Assembly (NCBI RefSeq): GCF_030296715.1
Contig: NZ_AP027738.1
Span: forward strand, 1,892,026 to 1,956,025
DNA length: 64,000 nucleotides
Source: Methanobacterium ferruginis
GTDB taxonomy: Archaea > Methanobacteriota > Methanobacteria > Methanobacteriales > Methanobacteriaceae
Direction of reading: 5' to 3'
Shown: positions 20,109 through 29,251 of the stretch, piece by piece
Layout: each line of letters starts with the position of its first letter
Position numbering within the stretch: the first letter of the stretch is position 1
Translations under genes and position numbers: made by a program
The notes under the pieces: generated by a model
What the model was told of the DNA's origin: nothing
Seen by the model: the letters and a program-made list of their open reading frames with translations, nothing else
The model's database searches: none

Positions 20109-20435
20109 ATGGTAGTAATACCAGCAGACGTGTTATTGATAGCAGCCGGGCTTGGAGCATTCCTCCAGGTATGGCAAATGGACGGATACAATTTTGGAAT
20201 ATTTTGGGAAAATGGAACACTCCAGATGGGAATAATCATGACTTTTGTGACCGGAATAGGTGGAGCTATTCTAGCTTTGCTAACTGGTTTAATTCCATTG
20301 ACTGGCAACCTAAAAATTGATTTACTTATAGTGTTCTTCACAGCATTCATGATACCATTTGCAATAGACCGGTTCATCACTAAAAGTTCTATTGGAAACA
20401 CTGAAACCACTGAAGATTCAGCAGACGCTGCCTAA
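20109..20435 (+). CDS. small membrane protein
   Basis: The ORF track starts it at 20022. An internal ATG at 20109 is preceded by GGAG. Clean TM helices. The antisense ORF 19985-20410 is judged spurious. Confidence 0.5.
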   Translation: MVVIPADVLLIAAGLGAFLQVWQMDGYNFGIFWENGTLQMGIIMTFVTGIGGAILALLTGLIPLTGNLKIDLLIVFFTAFMIPFAIDRFITKSSIGNTETTEDSADAA

Positions 20436-20457
20436 TCTCATTACGGGGGCCTAAGAA

Positions 20458-20736
20458 TTGGATGAAGAACTGGAAGGCAGGAAGGACCAATATATCGATA
20501 ATATTACTGGAAAACCTTTTCCACATCATAAATGCGAATATGAAGGGAGATGGAAAAATTACTTTACTTTCAAAGAGAAAGTAATTGGATTCATGGCTGG
20601 AAAAGAAGTGGCAAATGGCAACCTGAGATTAGAAGATGAAAAACTTGAAAAACGGTTAGGAAGGATTGAAAACATGGTTTGGTTGATTCTGTTATCAATG
20701 CTTGGAATAGTTTTCAAAGTTGTATTTGGAGTATAA
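20458..20736 (+). CDS. hypothetical protein with a C-terminal TM helix
   Basis: 92 aa. Confidence 0.4.
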   Translation: MDEELEGRKDQYIDNITGKPFPHHKCEYEGRWKNYFTFKEKVIGFMAGKEVANGNLRLEDEKLEKRLGRIENMVWLILLSMLGIVFKVVFGV

Positions 20737-20803
20737 TTTTTGAAAAAAATACAGATCCAACCGACTTCTGGTCATAATTTTCCATGGAAAAGAAAAGGAG
20801 GGA

Positions 20804-21295
20804 TTGAAAATATCTAATTATCCTGTGATGAAGTTATCTGAAATAAGATTACACCCTCAAAACCCAAGACAACATACTGATGACCAGATAAAAAAGATTG
20901 CAAATAGCATTAAAGAACTTGGATGGGGAAGGCCATTAATATTAAGCCGTGATAATTTCATTTTAGCTGGTCATGGTGCATACTTAGCAGCCAGAGACAT
21001 TTTAGGATATACTGAAGCACCAATAAAAAATATGAACCACTCCCATGATGCTCCTGAAGCATTGGCCTATATGGTTGCAGATAATAAATTGACTGAAGAA
21101 AGTGATTGGAACTATGCAAAACTAGAAGCATTAAATGAAAATCTACAACTTGAAGGATTTGACACTACACTAACCGCCTTTGATACAGATTTGAAAACAC
21201 CTAACTTTCAACCAGTTAACGAAGAAAAACAACCCAGACTTGATAAGTTAGATCCTAAAGGTTTAAAATGTCCAGAGTGTGGATACGAATGGTAG
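20804..21295 (+). CDS. ParB-like nuclease domain (ParB N-terminal/sulfiredoxin-fold) protein
   Basis: LSEIRLHPQNPRQHTDDQIKKIANSIKELGWGRPLILSRDNFILAGHGAYLAA resembles ParBc (..NPR......l..L..SI...G...Pi.v......ii.G.hR..Aa). The C-terminus has a C..C pair. Confidence 0.6.
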   Translation: MKISNYPVMKLSEIRLHPQNPRQHTDDQIKKIANSIKELGWGRPLILSRDNFILAGHGAYLAARDILGYTEAPIKNMNHSHDAPEALAYMVADNKLTEESDWNYAKLEALNENLQLEGFDTTLTAFDTDLKTPNFQPVNEEKQPRLDKLDPKGLKCPECGYEW

Positions 21296-21903
21296 ATTTG
21301 AAAGTTGATTTCTGTAGTTATGAAGCAGCTAAACATGCAGTATTGCATTGGCATTACTCACGGTCAATGCCCGCAGGAAAACTAGTGAAAATTGGTGCAT
21401 GGGAAAATGGAAAATTCATTGGATGTGTGCTCTTTGGAAGAGGAGCAAACAATCACATAGGAAATCCTTACAATTTAAAACAAAATGAAGTATGTGAACT
21501 TGTTAGAATTGCACTAAAAAACCACCAAACAAATGTAACCAAAATAGTAAGCAAATCTTTAAAACTATTGAAAAAAACGAATCCGTACCTTAAATTAGTT
21601 GTAAGCTATGCAGATAAAGACCAAAATCATTTAGGGAAAATATATCAAGCAGGTAATTGGATATATGATGGTTTAAAAAACCAAAACACTGCAGGAGCAT
21701 TTATAATTAAAAACAAAAAGGTACACCCCCGATCTGTTGCATCTATGGGATGGGTACAATCATTAAAATGGATTCAGGAGAATGTTGACCCTAATGCTAG
21801 AACACATATTACAAAAGGTAAATTCAAATATCTCTACCCCTTGTCCAAAAAAACACGTGAACAAATCAGACCTTTAAAGAAACCTTATCCTAGGCGGTTG
21901 TAG
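21268..21903 (+). CDS. hypothetical protein (211 aa), overlaps the ParB-like gene; possible DNA-modification partner
   Basis: Overlapping, translationally coupled ORF. No confident motif. Confidence 0.45.
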   Translation: MSRVWIRMVDLKVDFCSYEAAKHAVLHWHYSRSMPAGKLVKIGAWENGKFIGCVLFGRGANNHIGNPYNLKQNEVCELVRIALKNHQTNVTKIVSKSLKLLKKTNPYLKLVVSYADKDQNHLGKIYQAGNWIYDGLKNQNTAGAFIIKNKKVHPRSVASMGWVQSLKWIQENVDPNARTHITKGKFKYLYPLSKKTREQIRPLKKPYPRRL

Positions 21904-21970
21904 TTTAATGGAGGCCAAAACCCATCATCATACCAATGATGAGAAGCTGGTTCAAATCCAGCCAACCGCA
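21894..21970 (+). tRNA. tRNA-like gene (77 nt); putative anticodon UAC (Val) in a non-canonical loop
   Basis: Folded by hand. Acceptor stem 7 bp and perfect (gcggttg/caaccgc). D stem gttt/aaac with a GG-containing loop. T stem gctgg/ccagc with loop TTCAAAT. The anticodon stem is 6 bp (catcat/atgatg) with loop CATACCA, so position 33 is A and position 37 is C, both atypical. The 5' end overlaps the stop codon of the upstream ORF. Confidence 0.45.
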
Positions 21971-22033
21971 CTCAAACCTGAATTAATGCGAGATTAGAAA
22001 AATTATTATACAAAATTAATATTACTAACTAAC

Positions 22034-22999
22034 ATGATTGAAACACGCACAGTGTTAATCTTAGGAGCAGGTGCTAGTGCTCCTTATGGTTATCCTCTTG
22101 GAAATACACTAAAAAGCAAAATAGCTAATTCTTTACATTATATGATACAAAAAGAATATGGGTGGATTCAAGATTCAGATATTCCGAAAGAATTAATCAA
22201 ACAATTTATTGACAGTTTAAATCAAACCAGAAGACCTTCAATAGACTCTTTTTTAGCTAAACAAAAAGAAGAATTTACAGAAATTGGAAAAATAGCCATA
22301 GCTCATCAGATCGCTCAATGTGAAAAAAGAGGGATAATCTATTCAGATTCAATGAAAGCAAATAAAGAATTAGACGAAACAGATGATTGGTATGGTTATT
22401 TAGTAGAAATTCTTTATGAATCAGAAATAGATAAAATTGGAAAAAATCTTAGTATAGTTACTTACAATTATGATAGATCTCTTGAATATTTTTTATTAAA
22501 AACTTTGCTTAATGATTTTGGGGATTTAGAAACTGTTGATGATTGTATTCCATTAATCGAAAAGATCCCAATAGTACATATTTATGGAAGGTTAGACCCT
22601 CTCCCCTGGGAATTGGCTTGTGATAAATATGATACAGGAAGGGATTATGGGGATACCTGTTCAAGTGAAAATTTGTTCCAAATAAGTGAGAATATTAAAT
22701 TAATTCAGGAAACCCAACATTCTTCTGTGGTTGAAGATGCAAACAAAGTAATAAAGAAAGCCCATAAAATTTATTTTTTAGGGATGGATTTATACAGAAA
22801 CCGAGGAAATGTGAATTTATTAGATACTTCATCATTTAATGGTAAAACTATAGTAGCTACAGGATATGGTTTAGAAGGAGGAGAAAGAAATCGTATCACA
22901 TCTTTTTTTAAACATATTCCAAATGTTAATGTACCCCCAACGTTTAGAATTTCAGATTCAAAAACATTAATGACTATTAGAAGTCTTAATCCATTTTAA
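22034..22999 (+). CDS. stand-alone SIR2_2-family (DHS-like NAD-binding) protein; candidate NAD-depleting anti-phage defence gene (ThsA/DSR-type SIR2 without the usual partner domain)
   Basis: LILGAGASAPYGYPLGNTLKSKI gives GAGxS plus GxP, LSIVTYNYDRSLEY gives the TTNYD..LE hallmark, and IPIVHIYGRL gives the HxxG motif. The protein has 321 aa. It sits between the early/ParB region and TerS in the prophage. Confidence 0.7.
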   Translation: MIETRTVLILGAGASAPYGYPLGNTLKSKIANSLHYMIQKEYGWIQDSDIPKELIKQFIDSLNQTRRPSIDSFLAKQKEEFTEIGKIAIAHQIAQCEKRGIIYSDSMKANKELDETDDWYGYLVEILYESEIDKIGKNLSIVTYNYDRSLEYFLLKTLLNDFGDLETVDDCIPLIEKIPIVHIYGRLDPLPWELACDKYDTGRDYGDTCSSENLFQISENIKLIQETQHSSVVEDANKVIKKAHKIYFLGMDLYRNRGNVNLLDTSSFNGKTIVATGYGLEGGERNRITSFFKHIPNVNVPPTFRISDSKTLMTIRSLNPF

Positions 23000-23004
23000 A
23001 CCCC

Positions 23005-23325
23005 CTAATATTTTTGTTTATGAGAATCATAATATCTCATAAATTCTTTTTTATGTTTTCCAATGAAATCTGAGTAATTTTTATCTGTTATTTCTAATAA
23101 TCTAAGTAAACTTTTAAAACACACAATCACAACCCGAATAATAGCCCCAGACCCCACCTCATTTTTCAAAATATCAACATGAATCACCTCACCATGACCA
23201 CCAAGATAACCACATAACCTACTTTTTATAACATGAAAATTCTCTTCTTTCAACTCAGGATCTGCAAAGATCAGTATTGTTTCACGAACGTAACCTTTGT
23301 CATGATTGTATTCCTTCATCTGCAA
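23005..23325 (-). CDS. hypothetical protein (106 aa), antisense, directly downstream of SIR2
   Basis: ORF; no motif. Confidence 0.4.
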   Translation of the reverse strand: MQMKEYNHDKGYVRETILIFADPELKEENFHVIKSRLCGYLGGHGEVIHVDILKNEVGSGAIIRVVIVCFKSLLRLLEITDKNYSDFIGKHKKEFMRYYDSHKQKY

Positions 23326-23436
23326 GTATTTTAAAACGATCTCTAACTCCTCCTAGGATCCTATGATCGTGGGGCATTGGTTTTAAGCAAAGTCAAAGAG
23401 CACTAGAGAATTAATCACCAAAAACCGGCGAGGACA

Positions 23437-23994
23437 ATGAAGGAGAAAGAAAACCACCTCGACGCTTTTGAGTATTTTTACAGTCTTGGAGGTGCTGCAT
23501 CTGCAGAAAATTGCAGAAAAGTTGCAGATAAATTTCAGATATCTGAAAGATCATTCTGGAACTGGTACAAGGAATTAGGGTGGAAAGAAAGGGTTCACCT
23601 ACGCAACATTGAAGTTGCCAAAGGAGTGGAAGAAAAAACGGTCTCTACTCTTATTGAGAATAAAGCGAAGTACCTATCTTACGTTCACAAATTATTCGAT
23701 GACTGGAAAGCGAAGGTTGATGCTGGTGAGGTTCCAGTTGAGATTAAATCCGTTAGTGATGTTGATAAAATTGTGAAACTTGCTTTACTACTTCAAGATG
23801 AGGCTACTGATAAGACTGAAACTTCTGTTACTGGAACTTTAAATTTTAAAGCCCAGGGTTTGGAGCGCCTGAGAAGGATTGAGGCACAGCATGACAGCGG
23901 TGACGGTGGCCACTCCTCAGTCGACGGAGGACCTGCAGGCACAGGTGAATCTGGAACTGAGGAACATTCAGAAACAAGAACCAGAGATAAATAG
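23437..23994 (+). CDS. putative terminase small subunit (HTH-type)
   Basis: It lies immediately upstream of the terminase large subunit, which it overlaps. The N-terminus is helix-rich (FEYFYSLGGAASAENCRKVADKFQISERSFWNW) and the C-terminus is acidic. Confidence 0.5.
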   Translation: MKEKENHLDAFEYFYSLGGAASAENCRKVADKFQISERSFWNWYKELGWKERVHLRNIEVAKGVEEKTVSTLIENKAKYLSYVHKLFDDWKAKVDAGEVPVEIKSVSDVDKIVKLALLLQDEATDKTETSVTGTLNFKAQGLERLRRIEAQHDSGDGGHSSVDGGPAGTGESGTEEHSETRTRDK

Positions 23995-25447
23995 TCTTGA
24001 AGATCTTATTGATTGGAAGATTACAGTCTGGGAAAAACAGTTTGAAGTTGATGACCGGGTTCGATGCCTGTGGCAGTCCCTTTCCCGGGATGAAAAAGAT
24101 AATTTTTATGATACTGTTATTCTGAATCCTTACATTCCTGTTGTTCCATTTTTCCAGCAGATATTGCTTCTGGTTACCCATGGATCTACCTTGTATGGTG
24201 GTGCTCGTGGTGGGGGTAAGACTGAGGCCAGTTTGATAGCTGCTCTGCAATATGTTGATTATCCTCAGTGGAAAGCTGGTATTTTCCGTTTAACTTATCC
24301 TGATTTGTCAGCTCCAGGGGCCATAATGGACCGTGCCCTTGACTGGCTGAGTAAAGATAGAAATCCCCTACTTGAAGAGGCGGGTATTGCACCACGTTGG
24401 GATAAAGCTGACAAGGTTTTCATATTTCCTAGTGGTGCTAAGGTTAAATTTGCCCATGTTCAGCATAATAAAGATGCTGAGAAATACCAGGGCAGTGAAT
24501 TCCATTTATTAATATTTGATGAAGCAGTACTCTTCACTGAGTACAAAATTACTAGGATTAAAGGTTCTAATCGTAAGAAAATCAATGATCCGCTACCGAT
24601 ACGGATTATTTTCACAGGTAACCCTGGTGGTATTAGTCATGATTATTTCAAGGATAGATTTATTGATGGTCCTGGCCTGTTCATTGACAGTAAATATACT
24701 GATAATCCGTACTTGGACCATGAGAAATATGAAGAGATTTTTATTGAAATTGAGGACAGTGATCCTGTCCTTTGGAGGCAGTGGAAGCATGGTGATTGGA
24801 ATGCAGTGCCTGAAGGTAAACTCTTCAAACGAAAATGGTTCACCAAGGCCAGTCGTCTCTATGAAGTCATCACAGAAAAAATACTGCAATGGGTGCGTTT
24901 CTGGGATCTGGCCGCTACAGAAGAAGAAGATGATACCAAACAGGGAGGAGCTGACTGGACCGTGGGAATGCTCCTCGGCCTAGGAGAATCTGGTAAAGTT
25001 TACCTGGAGGATATTGTAAGATTCCGAAAAGATGCAGATGAAGCTGAAGAACTGATCCTGGAAACCGCCAGGAAAGATGCAGAAAAATATGGAAGGACCA
25101 ATATCAAGATCCGGATAGAAAAAGAAGGCGGAGCATCAGCCAATTATGTGATGAACACATTCAGCAAATACCTACCCGGATTTGACTTTGAAGGCCACAA
25201 CGTCCAAAGAAAAAGCAAATTAGACCGAGCCAGAGCATTTGTCAGTTTCATTAAACACGGTCACCTCAAAATAAGAGAAGGAGCAAGCTGGATAACCACA
25301 TTCATAAATGAAGTAGCATCATTCCCCACCAAAGGAATCCATGATGACCAAGTGGACACTCTCAGCGGAGGATTAAACGAACTATTTTATGGTGAGCAAC
25401 CCACGGAACGTGTTCCATTCAACCCAACATTAAGGAGCAGAAGATAA
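23879..25447 (+). CDS. terL: terminase large subunit
   Basis: Walker A GGARGGGKT, and a Walker B-like hhhhDE in HLLIFDEAV. 522 aa. The following gene is portal-sized. The true start may lie downstream of 23879. Confidence 0.8.
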   Translation: MRHSMTAVTVATPQSTEDLQAQVNLELRNIQKQEPEINSLEDLIDWKITVWEKQFEVDDRVRCLWQSLSRDEKDNFYDTVILNPYIPVVPFFQQILLLVTHGSTLYGGARGGGKTEASLIAALQYVDYPQWKAGIFRLTYPDLSAPGAIMDRALDWLSKDRNPLLEEAGIAPRWDKADKVFIFPSGAKVKFAHVQHNKDAEKYQGSEFHLLIFDEAVLFTEYKITRIKGSNRKKINDPLPIRIIFTGNPGGISHDYFKDRFIDGPGLFIDSKYTDNPYLDHEKYEEIFIEIEDSDPVLWRQWKHGDWNAVPEGKLFKRKWFTKASRLYEVITEKILQWVRFWDLAATEEEDDTKQGGADWTVGMLLGLGESGKVYLEDIVRFRKDADEAEELILETARKDAEKYGRTNIKIRIEKEGGASANYVMNTFSKYLPGFDFEGHNVQRKSKLDRARAFVSFIKHGHLKIREGASWITTFINEVASFPTKGIHDDQVDTLSGGLNELFYGEQPTERVPFNPTLRSRR

Positions 25448-26871
25448 TGGCAGATAAAAGGCAAGTGAACCCACCTGTAATGAGCAACACTGTAGTTGAT
25501 CAGATCTCCAGGGTTATGCGCAGGTACGATCCCCACTTCAGGACCTGGGCCTACAGGCAGGTGGCAGATTATCCTGTTCCAAGTGAAGCAGAATTAATAG
25601 TCCATTACCTTCGAGGTGGTGCCGGGCCATTTATCGATATCAAAATGTATGTGGAGCTCGGTGTAGGATGGACTTTAAAACCAGTTGGCTTCGAGGAGGA
25701 AGAAGATGGCCAGGAGGCTAAGAAAATAGTTGATGACCTCTTTGAGAAAATGGACTTCCATGGCACAATGATGGAACTGGACATGTTTTACCGTGTACTG
25801 GGCCGTGCATGTTTGGTCAAAACCTACGACTTGAATGGTGACTTTTACTTCAACAAAAACGAAAAAGTCACCGGAGTAGACAGCATCAACCCCATGACCC
25901 TCACCGACACCAGTCTAAGAGAAGTCATGGCCGACCGTACAGGGACAAAAACATACATCCAACAAGTTTCTGGAGTTAATGGCCAGGGAGGTACTGTGGC
26001 CCTGGAGCAGGACCGTGTTAATTACCTCACAAACAATCCATTCGCCAAACACAGTACCTATGGGAATAGTGACCTGAACAATTCCATTACAGATCTAAGA
26101 ACCCTGGCCAGATTTCCACATTACCGAGATGATCTGGCAAGATTATACTCCCAGATGCACCGTATTGTAAAGATTGACAGTGAAAAAATAGCAGGAACAG
26201 AGTACGGTGAAGAAATCAGAAATGATCCTAGAAAAGCCCAGGAATATTTAGATGACACAGGTGACTTCTACAGGAAACAGGAAAAAGAAGGTGGAACTGT
26301 AGTAGTATTTGATTGGGAAGAAGTCATCCAGTCCAGCTGGGCAGGTAAAGAAGTTAAACTTGCAGACCTGGAAAGACAAACCCTGGAATCAATCGCATTC
26401 AAACAACACGTACCATTACCCATACTATTATTCGCACAATATGTCAACCGGGACACCCTGGAAACACTGGTAGATGTATTTGTTAATGTACTAAACAATG
26501 GAACCCGGGATAGGGTTTTCACTCCATTAATCACTCATACAGCAAATGAGATCCTCTACCAGAATGAAATTACAGATGGCCACATGGAGGTTCAGTACAA
26601 CCCATTCCTCAGTAAAGATCTACTGAAACTATCCCAGATTATGGGTAACTTATGGCCCACAGGCAGCATAAGCAGACCAGACATCCGTGAATGGATGGGA
26701 ATGATCATGCAACCCAACATGGGAGGAGAAGCCTGGAAAGATCTAAAACCCATGCCAAACAATCAAGCCTCTCCATCAAACCCTATTATGGAAGAGAAAA
26801 AAGTGGATCCTAACCTTGTAAAATCAGTGGATCGATATCTTGAGAAACGTGGCCTTGTTAAATTCTTCTAA
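25447..26871 (+). CDS. putative portal protein
   Basis: 474 aa, immediately after terL with an ATG overlapping its stop. Call is by gene order and size. Confidence 0.55.
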   Translation: MADKRQVNPPVMSNTVVDQISRVMRRYDPHFRTWAYRQVADYPVPSEAELIVHYLRGGAGPFIDIKMYVELGVGWTLKPVGFEEEEDGQEAKKIVDDLFEKMDFHGTMMELDMFYRVLGRACLVKTYDLNGDFYFNKNEKVTGVDSINPMTLTDTSLREVMADRTGTKTYIQQVSGVNGQGGTVALEQDRVNYLTNNPFAKHSTYGNSDLNNSITDLRTLARFPHYRDDLARLYSQMHRIVKIDSEKIAGTEYGEEIRNDPRKAQEYLDDTGDFYRKQEKEGGTVVVFDWEEVIQSSWAGKEVKLADLERQTLESIAFKQHVPLPILLFAQYVNRDTLETLVDVFVNVLNNGTRDRVFTPLITHTANEILYQNEITDGHMEVQYNPFLSKDLLKLSQIMGNLWPTGSISRPDIREWMGMIMQPNMGGEAWKDLKPMPNNQASPSNPIMEEKKVDPNLVKSVDRYLEKRGLVKFF

Positions 26872-26904
26872 TAGTCCTATTCAGAAGTCTATATGATTAA
26901 ATGG

Positions 26905-27612
26905 TTATAAATATAGAAATTTTAGAAGTACAATAAAAAGTATCATAGTAATTAATATTATTTTAAGGTGGTACATAACCTTTTGACTTCTACCATATGA
27001 CCATATAACGAAGATTATTATTAATAAAAATGCTGTAAGGAATAAAAAGAAGTTCCATACTATTAATTGCAAATATGCCAGGATTATTCCAAAATAACCA
27101 ATTAAAACATATTTCTCAGAATTAGTTTCTAAACGTTCTGTGACTTGCTGGCCTTCTGTTAACTGTTCTAACATTTTAAATAATTTATTTATATTTCTAA
27201 CACTATCAGAACCGATTAGAAAATCTCCACCTAAAATATCATCATCACAAATAATCCTTATCCAATTTTGGATGTACACTGTACCAATTAAACCATATGG
27301 ATGAAATTCTTTGAAAGGATATTTTTCAAAGGATTTAATATTAGAACGATTCAAAACGAACGATAAATCCTCTTTCAGATTCTGATACTTTGAATCAGAA
27401 TCATCAAAACTATTATACTCTAAAGCATCATCTTTAATGGTCAGATCTCCACGAGAAAAATATGCACATGGCTTGTTTTTAGCCCGTGGAAATCCCTCAG
27501 GTAAACTAAAATTACGTAATAATATCTCACTAAAAGATGAAGATTTAATTAATTTTACAATATCATCTAAATGATTTATAGAGCTTATCCAGATAACAGA
27601 TTCTAAATCCAT
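26905..27612 (-). CDS. antisense moron: protein with C-terminal transmembrane helices (235 aa)
   Basis: Opposite strand within the structural module. Very AT-rich. Two C-terminal TM segments. Confidence 0.5.
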   Translation of the reverse strand: MDLESVIWISSINHLDDIVKLIKSSSFSEILLRNFSLPEGFPRAKNKPCAYFSRGDLTIKDDALEYNSFDDSDSKYQNLKEDLSFVLNRSNIKSFEKYPFKEFHPYGLIGTVYIQNWIRIICDDDILGGDFLIGSDSVRNINKLFKMLEQLTEGQQVTERLETNSEKYVLIGYFGIILAYLQLIVWNFFLFLTAFLLIIIFVIWSYGRSQKVMYHLKIILITMILFIVLLKFLYL

Positions 27613-27797
27613 TAAAACACCTTTTGCGGTAAAATGTTAATGTTAAATTGATTTGTAAACATTATTTCTATTAGATTATCATACGATAAATAATAATTTT
27701 TTTATTATTGAATATAACCTTTGCGCTCTTTTAATCCAGAATACTTTTTAATTTCGTTAATCGTGCTATGACAAACACCCCCTTGAGATGATGCTAA

Positions 27798-28382
27798 ATG
27801 TGTGACCGTTGTCAAGCCCTGGAAAAAGAACTCCAAACATTGAAAAAAGAACTAGAAGGCAAACCCGTACTTGACATGGATTTCTATCATTCCCTTCTCT
27901 ATGATGCGGGAATCATCACCAAAGCAGTTGAACCTGGCAAACCATCATTCAAAACTAACAAGAAACTGGGTGAGGGTGAAGCAAGTAAAGATGAACTGAA
28001 ATATCGCCAGGAACTACAGAACCTCCTCAAAGAATTATATGAAGATGTAAACTCCGTTGACACAACCCGAGATGAGGAGACTGTGGAATCAGAAATCAAT
28101 GAATTTATAGAAAATTTCATCAAAGAAGGCCAGGCCCTGGCAGGCAAACATATCAACCACATTTATGATAAAAATCTTCAAAACGCCATTAAAAAGTTGA
28201 AAAAACTTGGAATCAAAAATCCGAAAGTTCCCAAATCACAACCCGCCAGGGATGCATTGTTAAACTGGCAACAATTTGCCATTGTGAAAATAGGCACACA
28301 GATACAACTAGACCTGAAAAATGAGAGGTTGGGCAGAAACTACTTCGAGGCAGCCTATGGTTCAAAGAAAAAACCAGGTTGA
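27798..28382 (+). CDS. hypothetical protein, possibly the N-terminal part of the head morphogenesis protein
   Basis: Overlaps the next ORF by 62 nt in the +1 frame. An A6 run at 28366-28371 sits in the overlap. Confidence 0.4.
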   Translation: MCDRCQALEKELQTLKKELEGKPVLDMDFYHSLLYDAGIITKAVEPGKPSFKTNKKLGEGEASKDELKYRQELQNLLKELYEDVNSVDTTRDEETVESEINEFIENFIKEGQALAGKHINHIYDKNLQNAIKKLKKLGIKNPKVPKSQPARDALLNWQQFAIVKIGTQIQLDLKNERLGRNYFEAAYGSKKKPG

Positions 28383-29070
28383 TCACGAAGACTTCATGTT
28401 TGAAGAAGAATATGATTCCACCTTCAAAAAAGCTTCAGATGAATCAGATAATGCCCTTCTTTTCATTGGTGCCAGTGCAGGTCTTCTTGCAATAATCAAT
28501 TCATTAGACTCATTATCACCTTCTGAGATGGAGGTTGTGATGGCTGAGGCAGGTGAAACCTCTGCCGAGGCCATGGGAAGTATTGATTATATTACTTCCA
28601 CACTTCCAGAATCCCTACCTGCCCTGGAGGAAGCAGTAACTTTAACCCCTACAGAACTTGCCCATTTGAATATGATGATGGAGGAGGCTAAACAGTACGG
28701 TCGAATGATTGATCCTAAGACTGTGGAAAACATAGCCTTCCAAAACCAGTCCCGGATAGCTGACCAGATGGGAATGTTTGGAGGGACAGAAGCAGAAAAA
28801 CAGGGAGAACTCTCAGCTTATTATAATGAATCAGTTCTAATTCCATGGGTACCTGTGGGTGATGCTAATACTTGTGAAGACTGTTTGGCATTGGAAGCTA
28901 ATGGCCCTTACCGTCCAGATGAATATCCTGAACCTCCCCATTACGGTTGCAGATGTTGGCCTGGAGATCCCATAATCGTTTTACCTGGAGAAATTGCCAA
29001 ATCCGTATTTTCTAAGATAAAACAGACCAGTCAGAAGATCTACAATGCTATATTTAACAGGAGAAGATAG
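28321..29070 (+). CDS. phage head morphogenesis protein, Mu gpF / SPP1 gp7 family C-terminal domain
   Basis: VPVGDANTCEDCLALEANGPYRPDEYPEPPHYGCRCWP carries the conserved C..C...H.gCRC signature of the Phage_Mu_F domain. Confidence 0.65.
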   Translation: MRGWAETTSRQPMVQRKNQVDHEDFMFEEEYDSTFKKASDESDNALLFIGASAGLLAIINSLDSLSPSEMEVVMAEAGETSAEAMGSIDYITSTLPESLPALEEAVTLTPTELAHLNMMMEEAKQYGRMIDPKTVENIAFQNQSRIADQMGMFGGTEAEKQGELSAYYNESVLIPWVPVGDANTCEDCLALEANGPYRPDEYPEPPHYGCRCWPGDPIIVLPGEIAKSVFSKIKQTSQKIYNAIFNRRR

Positions 29071-29251
29071 TATGGGGTTAAAAATTATTGAAGAAAAACA
29101 GGAAGACTATACGTATAGATATATAATCCACACAATTTTTGGTTTTACATGGAATAAGGTATTGGTTGAAATAGAAGGGCCAGATGGCACTCAAAGATTT
29201 ATTTAATCATTCCATTTTTTTTTAGATTACTTCTTTTTTTTAATTAACTCA

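Noticed and set aside
19985-20410. 141-aa minus-strand ORF
   Set aside because: It overlaps a plus-strand ORF that has clean transmembrane helices and an RBS. The minus-strand translation looks like antisense of a membrane protein.
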